A stretch of DNA of 63,989 nt, filler included, from Lama guanicoe (GCA_013239625.1; 196 parts of 196 records of this genome joined end to end with filler, not necessarily neighbours in it), one strand, 5' to 3'; positions 50,542 through 62,027 are shown, counted from the first letter of the whole stretch. A program made the numbers and translations. Notes: generated by a model from the letters alone, not told the origin.

Positions 50542-50682
50542 ATCTTGGCTTTGGCTCCTGCTATCTCCACTGCCAACACTCCNNNNNNNNNNNNNNNNNN
50601 NNNNNNNNNNNNNNNNNNNNNNNNNNTTAATTAATTAANNNNNNNNNNNNNNNNNNNNNNNNNNNNNNNNNNNNNNNNNNNN

Positions 50683-50909
50683 CACCCGCCCTCCTCACCC
50701 CACAGCAACTATGAAATAATAATCGTAGTATTAAAGGCAGAGATCGTTGCGAGACAATGGGGATGTTGGCGAGGGATCCCCGATCCGGATTAGAAACACC
50801 TCCCAGCCCCGCAGAATAATACTGATCGCGCCCCCTCCGCGAGCTCCCTCCCCCGAGTGCGGAGCGGGAGGAGGCGGCGGCGGCCGAGGAGGAGGAGGAG
50901 GCCCAGGAG
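50683..50909 (+). promoter_or_regulatory. BMI1: BMI1 promoter / non-coding first exon (5' UTR), CpG island
   Basis: acagcaactatgaaataat...ggcagagatcg...cgagacaatggggatgt...cacctcccagccccgcagaataa...gagtgcggagcgggaggaggcggcggcggccgaggaggagg matches the recalled 5' end of human BMI1 mRNA. Confidence 0.72.
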
Positions 50910-51454
50910 NNNNNNNNNNNNNNNNNNNNNNNNNNNNNNNNNNNNNNNNNNNNTTAATTAATTAANNNNNNNNNNNNNNNNNNNNNNNNNNNNNNNNNNN
51001 NNNNNNNNNGGCTTAGCTGGGGATGTGCTTAAGACACTGCACTGCTTCATTTTTTAGACTGCATACACAAATGTTTATTAATAATTTCATTGTTGTGAGA
51101 CAAAATATAATGCTCACTGTTTCACTGTTATGATTCTCGATTTTATTACTAAGCCATATTAATTAATTGATTAAATATTAATGATAGAAAAGTCATTTCA
51201 ATAAAGAGCAAGCATTGCTGATGCTGTTACTTTATTNNNNNNNNNNNNNNNNNNNNNNNNNNNNNNNNNNNNNNNNNNNNTTAATTAATTAANNNNNNNN
51301 NNNNNNNNNNNNNNNNNNNNNNNNNNNNNNNNNNNNTCTTCTCAAGGCTCTGGAAGCTGAGGGGGCCTGACTCTGGACCCCTGGTCTCTGCAAGACTTGC
51401 TTTTCTCTCACCTGTTGTACGTGTAAGAGATTTGTCCAATAAAGGACCAGATCC

Positions 51455-51563
51455 TATAGAATGTACAGCACCAAGAGTAGATCCTACGTGCAGCATGGAC
51501 ATTGGTTAATGATGGTGTGTCTATGTGGGTCATCAGCTGTAACGAGTGTCCCATTCTGGGGTG
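51455..51563 (+). mobile_element. L1MC-like 3' UTR fragment
   Basis: atagaatgtaca.caccaagagt...atggac.ttgg.taatgat...catca..tgtaac.a.tgt.cca.tctgg. Confidence 0.65.
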
Positions 51564-51663
51564 NNNNNNNNNNNNNNNNNNNNNNNNNNNNNNNNNNNNN
51601 NNNNNNNTTAATTAATTAANNNNNNNNNNNNNNNNNNNNNNNNNNNNNNNNNNNNNNNNNNNN

Positions 51664-51805
51664 TGGAAGAGGAGATGAAGGAGGAGGAGGATGTGGAGGA
51701 GGAGGATGTGGAAGAGGAGGGTGTGGAGGTGGAGGAGGATGTGGAGTTGGAGGAGGACGTGGGGGAGGAGGAGTAGGAGGAGGAGGAGGAGGAGGAGGAT
51801 GAGGA
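51664..51805 (+). repeat. (GGA)n / GGAGGATGT purine-rich low-complexity tract
   Basis: Directly visible triplet repeat with interruptions. Confidence 0.9.
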
Positions 51806-51990
51806 TGCTCACTGGCTGTGAGACCTTGAGAGTCTCCTTGACTTTAGATTTTGTCCATAAGTGAGGATAACAATACACCTGACCTCAGAANNNNNNNNNN
51901 NNNNNNNNNNNNNNNNNNNNNNNNNNNNNNNNNNTTAATTAATTAANNNNNNNNNNNNNNNNNNNNNNNNNNNNNNNNNNNNNNNNNNNN

Positions 51991-52035
51991 TGACACACTG
52001 TAACTGACTGTACTTCAATTAAAAAAAATAAAAAG
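51991..52035 (+). mobile_element. LINE-1 extreme 3' terminus with A-tail
   Basis: acactgtaactgactgtacttcaattaaaaaaaataaaa. Confidence 0.65.
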
Positions 52036-52317
52036 CAACTACCAACCGAACAGAAGACAGGTTCCCTTGGCTCCACGCTCTCCACCAGCTGCACCCCCGC
52101 TTTCCTTTCCCTGGTGGAGGGACAGCTCCTCTGCCCAGTCATCTACCCCCAACACGACCACTCACCTCCTGTCCTTTCAGTCACCGTCTCCCCCCAGCTC
52201 TGCTCTTGTCATGAACANNNNNNNNNNNNNNNNNNNNNNNNNNNNNNNNNNNNNNNNNNNNTTAATTAATTAANNNNNNNNNNNNNNNNNNNNNNNNNNN
52301 NNNNNNNNNNNNNNNNN

Positions 52318-52544
52318 AGATACATACAGTTTTTCATCAGTAAATTAGCTATTGTAACCCTTAGGTTGAGAGAATGCATCACAGTGTCTACATCATCATT
52401 ACAACACAATATGTGGTAGATATTTTTATTACGCTTCTGTTCTCCAAACTTGAAACAGTAACCAGAAGAGAGAAGGAAATCAAGTAACATTTTTTAAGGA
52501 AAAGATTGGACAAGTGACTGTTCCTTGGCTGATGATGAGCATCA
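52318..52544 (-). repeat. Reverse-complement partner of contig 45778-46004
   Basis: Manual alignment: 10 substitutions, no indels. Confidence 0.95.
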
Positions 52545-52644
52545 NNNNNNNNNNNNNNNNNNNNNNNNNNNNNNNNNNNNNNNNNNNNTTAATTAATTAA
52601 NNNNNNNNNNNNNNNNNNNNNNNNNNNNNNNNNNNNNNNNNNNN

Positions 52645-52871
52645 CTGCTTCTGTAAATATATACATACAGACATAAGCAACCAAGTAAATAAACGTCTTC
52701 TGAATAAGATGATATCATTAGACCTGAGCAGATAAAGAAACTGAAGAAAAATTATACACACTGATTTTTCTGAACTTCAATTTTCAGGGAGGAGAGGGAA
52801 TATCTTATACTTTATATCTATGCGTTTAATGATGGAGGAATTCATATTCCTCAAGTTTGAGAATTATTTTA
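52645..52871 (+). repeat. Near-identical copy of contig 53953-54179
   Basis: 6 substitutions; first and last 49 bp identical. Confidence 0.95.
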
Positions 52872-53625
52872 NNNNNNNNNNNNNNNNNNNNNNNNNNNNN
52901 NNNNNNNNNNNNNNNTTAATTAATTAANNNNNNNNNNNNNNNNNNNNNNNNNNNNNNNNNNNNNNNNNNNNCTGGGTGGAGAGAGAGAACTAATATGCAC
53001 AAGCAAGTGTCAAACTCCACACTGCCCTCCATAATTGCAGTAATAGCTCAGAAAAGGGAGCCACCAGGCCAGTTCCTATGTTAATTTAGCTCTTTGTTAG
53101 CCCTGGCAGTAGTGATTATTGCTTTACACTAATTCAATCGGACACATAGGGTTTAGGTGATGGGAATTATATGAGAAAACATATGTCTTCATTTTTTTNN
53201 NNNNNNNNNNNNNNNNNNNNNNNNNNNNNNNNNNNNNNNNNNTTAATTAATTAANNNNNNNNNNNNNNNNNNNNNNNNNNNNNNNNNNNNNNNNNNNNCA
53301 GGTGGCTACATGACTGCTTTACATTGGCTCATTAGAAAAGCACTTGCCGAGGAAATAATACTTAAAGGAAACAGAAAGACGGAAAGTTCCCATGTATGCA
53401 GATTGCGGGAAGAACCAGGGAGCGTTTTTAAAGGGTCCTGTCGTAGTATCAAGAGTTGTGGACCAGTTGTAAATTATTTTCAGTTTATACCTGACATTAA
53501 TGAGCATAAAAATAGTCAGAAATCANNNNNNNNNNNNNNNNNNNNNNNNNNNNNNNNNNNNNNNNNNNNTTAATTAATTAANNNNNNNNNNNNNNNNNNN
53601 NNNNNNNNNNNNNNNNNNNNNNNNN

Positions 53626-53852
53626 ATATAGTTCCCTGTGCTATACAGTAGGACCTTGTTGTTTATCTGTTCTGCATATAGTAGTTTGTATCTGCTAATT
53701 CCAGACTCCCAATTTATCCCTTTCCACCCCTTTCCCCTTTGGTAACCATAGTTTGTCTTCTGTGTCTGTGAGTCTCTGTTTTGTAAACAAGTTCATTTGT
53801 CATTTTTTAAAGATTCCACATATAAGTGGTGTCATATGATATTTGTCTTTCT
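53626..53852 (-). mobile_element. LINE-1 3' UTR fragment
   Basis: atatagttccctgtgctatacagtaggaccttgttgtttatct...tggtaaccata...gattccacatataagtg. Confidence 0.92.
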
Positions 53853-53952
53853 NNNNNNNNNNNNNNNNNNNNNNNNNNNNNNNNNNNNNNNNNNNNTTAA
53901 TTAATTAANNNNNNNNNNNNNNNNNNNNNNNNNNNNNNNNNNNNNNNNNNNN

Positions 53953-54179
53953 CTGCTTCTGTAAATATATACATACAGACATAAGCAACCAAGTAAATAA
54001 ATGTCTTCTGAATAAGATGATATCATTAGACCTGAGCAGATAAAGAAATTGAAGAAAAATTATACACACTGATTTTTTTGAACTTCAATTTTCAAGGAGG
54101 AGAGGGAATATCTTATACTTTATTTCTATACGTTTAATGATGGAGGAATTCATATTCCTCAAGTTTGAGAATTATTTTA
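53953..54179 (+). repeat. Partner of contig 52645-52871
   Basis: Manual alignment: 6 substitutions, no indels. Confidence 0.95.
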
Positions 54180-55030
54180 NNNNNNNNNNNNNNNNNNNNN
54201 NNNNNNNNNNNNNNNNNNNNNNNTTAATTAATTAANNNNNNNNNNNNNNNNNNNNNNNNNNNNNNNNNNNNNNNNNNNNAGCCTTTAGCGAGAGGACATT
54301 TGCGATAAACTTCAGCTAGAAGGCCTGGCGTGGGGAAGGGACGAGATCGCCCCCGGTGACAGGGATCTAGGCTTGGTCGGCAGCAGCAAGGCTCTAGCAC
54401 AACTTGCTGAAGCTGAAGACCAGACTAGAGAAGAGATGGGTTGCAGCTCAGGAAACTGAGGTAGACGCCTAAGCAGATAGAGTCAATCAGCCCAAGCTCT
54501 GAATAGNNNNNNNNNNNNNNNNNNNNNNNNNNNNNNNNNNNNNNNNNNNNTTAATTAATTAANNNNNNNNNNNNNNNNNNNNNNNNNNNNNNNNNNNNNN
54601 NNNNNNGGAATAGTGCTTCTTTGCTGGGTCTACCCTCTTCAACAGATAGGCCAACAGGATGGAGGGGGAGCCTCTGAGGCTCAGATCTGCCCCAACTACC
54701 CCTTGACCAACAGAACTAAGTTAAACGGGCACAAAGGGTCCCCACGACACCCAGCCTGAGACATGAGCTGGCATCTGGGGGCCAGGACAGGCTGCCTGAG
54801 CCAGGCAGAGGACTGAGGTGGCTGCACTGAGGCNNNNNNNNNNNNNNNNNNNNNNNNNNNNNNNNNNNNNNNNNNNNTTAATTAATTAANNNNNNNNNNN
54901 NNNNNNNNNNNNNNNNNNNNNNNNNNNNNNNNNAATTCCCCTCTGGAATCTTCAGTATTATTTCTGCCAGTAGACCTCAGCTGGAACCATCCCAATTCAT
55001 CAGAGTGTTCAAAATTAAATAGAGTTGGCA

Positions 55031-55160
55031 TCGGGGTCTCCTTCCTCACTGGTGGTCCATGCCCTGACCTTATGAGTTGAGGTCGGGGTCTCCTTCCTCA
55101 CTGGTGATCCGTGCCCCGACCTTATGTGTTGAGGTCAGGTCTCCTTCCTCACGGGCGGTC
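55031..55160 (+). repeat. 52-bp minisatellite (about 2.5 units, runs off the contig end)
   Basis: Units start at 55031, 55083 and 55135: tcggggtctccttcctcactggtg.tcc.tgccc.gaccttatg.gttgagg. Confidence 0.9.
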
Positions 55161-55943
55161 NNNNNNNNNNNNNNNNNNNNNNNNNNNNNNNNNNNNNNNN
55201 NNNNTTAATTAATTAANNNNNNNNNNNNNNNNNNNNNNNNNNNNNNNNNNNNNNNNNNNNACACCTTAACCTCTGCCACACCAAGAGTGAACCTGGTAAC
55301 TCAGAGAGCAAAAGGGGGAGTCCAGAAAATGTCCCAAAGCTCCAGTGACAGGCTGATTTGGCTCCTGGGAGCTCTGCTCCCCTCCTTGAAATGGAAACAC
55401 AAGTTGGCTAATTCAAGATCTTTCCCAAGTCTTCAAGTAAACAGTCAGGAAGTTCTGTTTTCCAGGGCGAGGTAGACAAGACAACCANNNNNNNNNNNNN
55501 NNNNNNNNNNNNNNNNNNNNNNNNNNNNNNNTTAATTAATTAANNNNNNNNNNNNNNNNNNNNNNNNNNNNNNNNNNNNNNNNNNNNACATACTGTTTAA
55601 ATAATCTAAAATTTTACTATAATCAAAACTATTTTTTCTGTCAATAATTTTCCAAAAACAAAGTTTCATGAACTTATATTATGAATTAAATGATTTAATC
55701 AATCCCTCACCTCAATACATGTATGCAATTTCTTTTGAAATAAAAACTAGCTACATTTTTTTAAGGTATGTGATATGTATAATTCTTCCAATAGTGAAAA
55801 ATGAATTTGTTGGGNNNNNNNNNNNNNNNNNNNNNNNNNNNNNNNNNNNNNNNNNNNNTTAATTAATTAANNNNNNNNNNNNNNNNNNNNNNNNNNNNNN
55901 NNNNNNNNNNNNNNGGGGGCTTCCCTGTGCTCCGACAGCACTT

Positions 55944-56141
55944 TGTAATGCCAACCAAAAATATAACGCAGGAGGCTGCAAATAAGAGGTTTATTTGGGG
56001 GCCTAAGAATTACAATTTGGAGGCACAGATTTGGATAACCCCAAAAGAGTGTTCGGGGGAAGAGAAAAAGTCAGGGGCTTACAAAGACAAAAAGCCACTA
56101 AAGACTTAAACATAAGAATATAGCTCAGTGACAATGAGTGT
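55944..56141 (-). mobile_element. Possible ERV LTR fragment
   Basis: Begins tgtaa..., with aggtttatttggg (antisense AATAAA) and aagaattacaatt.g.aggcacagat typical of antisense LTR ends. Confidence 0.4.
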
Positions 56142-57876
56142 NNNNNNNNNNNNNNNNNNNNNNNNNNNNNNNNNNNNNNNNNNNNTTAATTAATTAANNN
56201 NNNNNNNNNNNNNNNNNNNNNNNNNNNNNNNNNNNNNNNNNACCACATGGTCTGCCATATTTATGTCTGTCTGATCTACCCTGGGATGTCCCACAAAAAA
56301 AGGGCTTAAAGTCCAATTGTAAGTTCCTATCTTTTCCAGCACATCTGCTCCACCTGCAGTCTCTAACTCAAGTCTAAGCTCTGTTGCCTAGGGCTGGCAC
56401 TTAGAAATCATTCAATACACAGTCCACCATTTTCCTCAACCATTGCTGGCTGCTAGTTACACTTTGTTNNNNNNNNNNNNNNNNNNNNNNNNNNNNNNNN
56501 NNNNNNNNNNNNTTAATTAATTAANNNNNNNNNNNNNNNNNNNNNNNNNNNNNNNNNNNNNNNNNNNNTCTCTCTCTCACCCCATCTGGGTCCTCAACTC
56601 CAGACCCTCTGAGCTGAGCGGGTCCCTCTCCAGGCCTTTGCACAAGCTGTTCCTCCCCCAGAGCAGTCTTCTCCCCTTGCCCCTGGTGCCCCGTTACCTT
56701 CATCTGGCCTCGGAGTCTCTGCGACCCCCGCCCTCCTCCCTCAACACTGCTGGCCAGGCCCCCAGGGCAGAGCCGCCAGCTTCCGAGGGAGAGGGNNNNN
56801 NNNNNNNNNNNNNNNNNNNNNNNNNNNNNNNNNNNNNNNTTAATTAATTAANNNNNNNNNNNNNNNNNNNNNNNNNNNNNNNNNNNNNNNNNNNNTAAAA
56901 CAGATGCAGAAATAAAGCTAAAAAAAATTTAAAAGAAGAGAATATGATTTGAAAACAGATTATGAACAATTAAAAAACAAGTCAAAGAGAAATAAAAATT
57001 GAGTTGAGACAAATTTTAAAAGTCTTAAAATTAGAAAATAATATCTGAAATCTGATTATAATAAATAAGAGAGCAAAACAAAGAGATAAAAAGCAAATTG
57101 TGAGAAATTTAAAAAGCTTAAANNNNNNNNNNNNNNNNNNNNNNNNNNNNNNNNNNNNNNNNNNNNTTAATTAATTAANNNNNNNNNNNNNNNNNNNNNN
57201 NNNNNNNNNNNNNNNNNNNNNNCCATAAATGGTTCTGTTTTCACTTTTGGATGAAAGGGTTGAGAGGTGTTGTTTTTTTTTTAAATAAACACTGTAAGTC
57301 CATCATTCCTAGAGTCTTTTTTTTTAAGTCTGCAGTGCAAATTCACTCACAAATCCTTCTACATTTTTACATATTTTAAAGATTTTCTAAAATAAAAATG
57401 TAGGCCAAGGAAACTGTCCATGAGCATTAAAGGAAAGTATTATGATGTANNNNNNNNNNNNNNNNNNNNNNNNNNNNNNNNNNNNNNNNNNNNTTAATTA
57501 ATTAANNNNNNNNNNNNNNNNNNNNNNNNNNNNNNNNNNNNNNNNNNNNCCCCTGGCAGTGTTTCATGAGGCCAGTGCTCATTCATTCATTAGCACCACC
57601 TCCTACTTCTATACACAACCATGAGTTTGGTGTGTATTCTTTCAATAGCATTAAGCAAACGTGCAACAGCCTTTTTATCTGTTATTCTAGGTAGAGTTAG
57701 TTCATAACATCTTTTTATAAGTATCTCCCATTTAGTGTCTTTTTTTCTCAAGAATGTAAAGTCTTTCAACCATGTTNNNNNNNNNNNNNNNNNNNNNNNN
57801 NNNNNNNNNNNNNNNNNNNNTTAATTAATTAANNNNNNNNNNNNNNNNNNNNNNNNNNNNNNNNNNNNNNNNNNNN

Positions 57877-58103
57877 TGCTATGAATATTGGATGCATGAA
57901 TCTTTTGAATGAGAGTTTCCATCTTTTCCAGATATATGCCTAGGAGAGTGATTGTTGGATCATATGGTAGCTCTATTTTCAGTTTTTAAAGGAACCTCCA
58001 TACTGCTTTCCATAGTGGCTGCACCAATTACATTTTCACCAACACTGTATGAAGGTTCCTTTTTCTTCACACCCTCACCACCATTTGTTATTTGTAGTCT
58101 TTT
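57877..58103 (-). mobile_element. LINE-1 ORF2 fragment
   Basis: tgctatgaa.attgg.tgcatg...ggatcatatggtagctctatttt.agtttt..aaggaacctccatactg.tttccatagtggctgcacc. Confidence 0.95.
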
Positions 58104-58406
58104 NNNNNNNNNNNNNNNNNNNNNNNNNNNNNNNNNNNNNNNNNNNNTTAATTAATTAANNNNNNNNNNNNNNNNNNNNNNNNNNNNNNNNNNNNNNNNN
58201 NNNATTACGTTTCCTAGACAATTCATTCATTCAAGTATTTATTCATTAAATACTCTTCACTAATGCTGGCACACTTTTGGAATAAAGACAAAAAATTCTC
58301 TACAAATCAGTCAGAAACTTTTCACAGTGTCTCAAAGCATCTTTCTAAAGAGTATGTATATAAATAATATATAGATACACATATAGATTTGCAAACATGT
58401 ATTACA

Positions 58407-58430
58407 CAGTTGACCCTTGAACAATGCAGG
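58407..58430. mobile_element. Tigger-type (TcMar) terminal inverted repeat
   Basis: cagttgacccttgaacaatgcagg at the contig end. Confidence 0.65.
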
Positions 58431-59511
58431 NNNNNNNNNNNNNNNNNNNNNNNNNNNNNNNNNNNNNNNNNNNNTTAATTAATTAANNNNNNNNNNNNNN
58501 NNNNNNNNNNNNNNNNNNNNNNNNNNNNNNCTCAAAACAGTGTCTACAATGGTACATGCTCACTAAGTATTAGCTGACTCAACGTCTACAGAATAAAGGG
58601 GCAGAGGTGAGACCTCTGACCCTTCTTAGCCCCGTACACACTATGATCCTCTCCTTTTTCTCCTGCCTTTCATTCTGGTATCATTTAAATTAAATTCAGA
58701 CACGCACGGTTCTTTGACTCTATGACAAATCTGGGTTTTCATTTAATAGGGGGACACNNNNNNNNNNNNNNNNNNNNNNNNNNNNNNNNNNNNNNNNNNN
58801 NTTAATTAATTAANNNNNNNNNNNNNNNNNNNNNNNNNNNNNNNNNNNNNNNNNNNNCACCCTGCCCCGCCTCCTTGCAGGCTCCCCTCAGGTCCCTTCT
58901 GCCTCCATAACCGTGGATTGGGGGGCTCCTGAGAACTCACCTCCCTTGGGACCCCCTCCAGCAGAGCCCACGTGCCGTCTCCTTGCCCCTCGCACCGAGC
59001 GCCTGGGGGTGGGTCAGCGCCCTCCCTGCCCTCCAGGTGGCCCTCTGCCCTCAGCCCGTCTGTTAGCTGGGCGCCGTGGCTCCTNNNNNNNNNNNNNNNN
59101 NNNNNNNNNNNNNNNNNNNNNNNNNNNNTTAATTAATTAANNNNNNNNNNNNNNNNNNNNNNNNNNNNNNNNNNNNNNNNNNNNTCACACTGTGACCAGC
59201 TCAGCCTCATCTTCATAGCTCCCTAGATTATCAGTCTGTCATCAGGGTGAGGTCACAGCAAGGAATGAGATCCAGTGATTGGTTGGGTAAATGAGGTTTC
59301 CCTTTGAAGAAGATCTCCCACTTTTATCTCTGGGATATTATGAGTGGGAATAAATAGGAAAAGGGAAAGCAAACTTGCTTTTATTTCTCTTATGCATACT
59401 TACTTTTTACCNNNNNNNNNNNNNNNNNNNNNNNNNNNNNNNNNNNNNNNNNNNNTTAATTAATTAANNNNNNNNNNNNNNNNNNNNNNNNNNNNNNNNN
59501 NNNNNNNNNNN

Positions 59512-59655
59512 GGTAGTGTGGCCATTTTGATAGTGTTGAGTCTTCCAATCCAAGAGCACATTTCTTTGTGTCATTTCAGTTTTTGGAGTACAGGTAACCT
59601 CCTTGGTGAAGTTTATTTCTAGGTATTTTGCTGTTTTTGATGCAATGGAAATGTT
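59512..59655 (-). mobile_element. LINE-1 ORF2 fragment
   Basis: Minus translation includes SIASKTAKYLEINFTKEV; ggccattttga.agtgttgagtcttccaatcca. Confidence 0.85.
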
Positions 59656-60819
59656 CATGCCAGTTATAAAATTCTGGCTTTTGAAGTGGGAAAAAAAAAG
59701 TGAATGAAGGGCCACAAATGGCAAAGTATCTTTCTTTCNNNNNNNNNNNNNNNNNNNNNNNNNNNNNNNNNNNNNNNNNNNNTTAATTAATTAANNNNNN
59801 NNNNNNNNNNNNNNNNNNNNNNNNNNNNNNNNNNNNNNCATTTTTGCCCCCTCTCGGTCTGGTGCTCAAGCCAGTAGAACACACAGAAATAACGAATTCA
59901 GACCTTTCTTGTTTGGTTCAGTCCCAGCGTCCTTTTGCGTCTTTGAATACCTCCAGTAAGCCCTGACCTTATCACCCATTTTACGTTTCCTAACTTGTAT
60001 TGCCAGTTTTTTGTTTTGTTTTGTTTTGTTTTTAAATACGGAGATAACGTGAGGGTTAATATGATNNNNNNNNNNNNNNNNNNNNNNNNNNNNNNNNNNN
60101 NNNNNNNNNTTAATTAATTAANNNNNNNNNNNNNNNNNNNNNNNNNNNNNNNNNNNNNNNNNNNNTTTGTTGTTTGTTTGTTTTCAAAGAATTGTTGGGT
60201 TCTCACAGCTGAATTTGTTCTCCAGGGAAAACTTACCTTCCTCATCACATGACTACAACAGTGAAATACAGAGACAATCTCTTTGCCACAGGGTTCAAAA
60301 AATTGAACACCGGATTTTTTTAAAGTTTAGTTCCTAGTTGATGTAAACAAAGCCACATTTAAGTTAGTGAGGTATAGGTAGAGAGCCAAAAANNNNNNNN
60401 NNNNNNNNNNNNNNNNNNNNNNNNNNNNNNNNNNNNTTAATTAATTAANNNNNNNNNNNNNNNNNNNNNNNNNNNNNNNNNNNNNNNNNNNNTTTTATGA
60501 AGCCCCAAACACAAATTCACCCCCTCCCCAGCTGGGCATCAGGCAAATCTTCCTTTTAAGCAAGACACCCACCTCAATTATTGGTCTCCCAAGTCCCCAC
60601 GGCTGAAGGTCAAAACCCAACTTCAGGACGGCCAACCCATCTTTCCACTAGTATTAACTGAAGCAAAGTGTTGCCCACTAGTCTGGCTTCTGGTCAGTCT
60701 CATCAAGGACCTGCCCATCNNNNNNNNNNNNNNNNNNNNNNNNNNNNNNNNNNNNNNNNNNNNTTAATTAATTAANNNNNNNNNNNNNNNNNNNNNNNNN
60801 NNNNNNNNNNNNNNNNNNN

Positions 60820-61046
60820 GGAGGAGCGGGGGGCAGCCGGGGTGGCGGCGGCGCTGGGCCCGGCCCGCGCTCGGAACGCTCGGAACGCTCGGACCGCGGC
60901 GGCTTGGGCGGGGGGCGCGGCCAGGCCGATGCTCAGACTCTCAGCAGGCGGCGGCGGCTCCGCATCCCGCCCGGCCCACTTGACCCGGCCCGTCCACTCG
61001 TCCGCCGCTGTGCCGCAGCCGGAACCGCCGCCGCTGCCCGCCGGAC
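60820..61046. promoter_or_regulatory. CpG-island / 5' UTR-like fragment, gene unknown
   Basis: Very high GC and CpG density, GGC/GCC runs, 9-bp tandem repeat at 60868-60894. Confidence 0.6.
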
Positions 61047-61146
61047 NNNNNNNNNNNNNNNNNNNNNNNNNNNNNNNNNNNNNNNNNNNNTTAATTAATT
61101 AANNNNNNNNNNNNNNNNNNNNNNNNNNNNNNNNNNNNNNNNNNNN

Positions 61147-61295
61147 AAATCAGATTGTTTGTTTCTTTGCTGCTGAGTTGTATGAATTTTTTAATATATT
61201 TTGGATATTAACCCCTTATCAGATGCAGGATTTGCAGATACCTTCTCCCATCCAGTAGGTTGCTTTATCATTTTGTTGATGATTTTACTTGTGGT
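61147..61295 (-). mobile_element. LINE-1 ORF2 fragment
   Basis: tgagttgtatgaa...atatattttggatattaaccccttatcagat...tttgca.ata..ttctcccat.c.gtaggttg. Confidence 0.9.
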
Positions 61296-61473
61296 TCTTA
61301 ATGGTCATATTTAGTGCAGTACTTAGTTTATTTAATCATTCCCCCTTTTTAGACATTAATTTCATTTTTTTTTNNNNNNNNNNNNNNNNNNNNNNNNNNN
61401 NNNNNNNNNNNNNNNNNTTAATTAATTAANNNNNNNNNNNNNNNNNNNNNNNNNNNNNNNNNNNNNNNNNNNN

Positions 61474-61700
61474 TAAAAATTGTAAAAGAGGTTGACAAGC
61501 TGATTGGTTCTGAAATCAATTATTTAAATCCATTTTATTTCTATATACAATAAAGAGATTTTTTAAAATAACTTTTAAAATATATCATTTATAGTTGCAT
61601 TAAAAACATAAAGTTCTATAGAAAATTGTCTATTCAGTTCTTCTCATTTTTAAATTCAGGTTGTTTGGTTTTTTGATGCTGAGTTGTATTAGCTGTTTAT
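61474..61700. mobile_element. Two opposite-orientation L1 ORF2 fragments joined at ~61613
   Basis: Old sense L1 (tatttctatatac...catttatagttgcat.aaaaacataaa) followed by less diverged antisense L1 (aaa.tgtctattcagttcttct...tgagttgtat.agctgtttat). Confidence 0.6.
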
Positions 61701-61800
61701 NNNNNNNNNNNNNNNNNNNNNNNNNNNNNNNNNNNNNNNNNNNNTTAATTAATTAANNNNNNNNNNNNNNNNNNNNNNNNNNNNNNNNNNNNNNNNNNNN

Positions 61801-62027
61801 AGTATATAGAATCCAGAATATAGAACAAAGAATATAATCATGGAATTCAAACACAGAATATAGAATATAGAATACAGAAATATTACTTGAATTATAGAAT
61901 GTAGAACACAGAAAAAGGAATATAAAATACAGAATACAGAATACAGAATGTACAATATATAATGTACAACGCAGAATGTGAAAATAGAATACAGAAATAG
62001 AATGCAGAATATGGAATGTAGAACAAA
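61801..62027 (-). repeat. Heptameric satellite, same family as 39565-39791, opposite strand
   Basis: cagaata tagaata tagaata cagaaa ... tacagaa tacagaa tacagaa. Confidence 0.85.

Noticed and set aside
51612..51878. Poly-Leu ORF as a signal or transmembrane peptide
   Set aside because: It is the antisense reading of the (GGA)n tract
45832..52490. Duplicated small protein MLLDFLLSSGYCFKFGEQK...
   Set aside because: The two ORFs come from the same bubble pair, run into Ns and show no recognisable domain
61749..61955. Hydrophobic ORF MYILYSVFCILYSFF... as a membrane peptide
   Set aside because: It is the translation of the heptameric satellite
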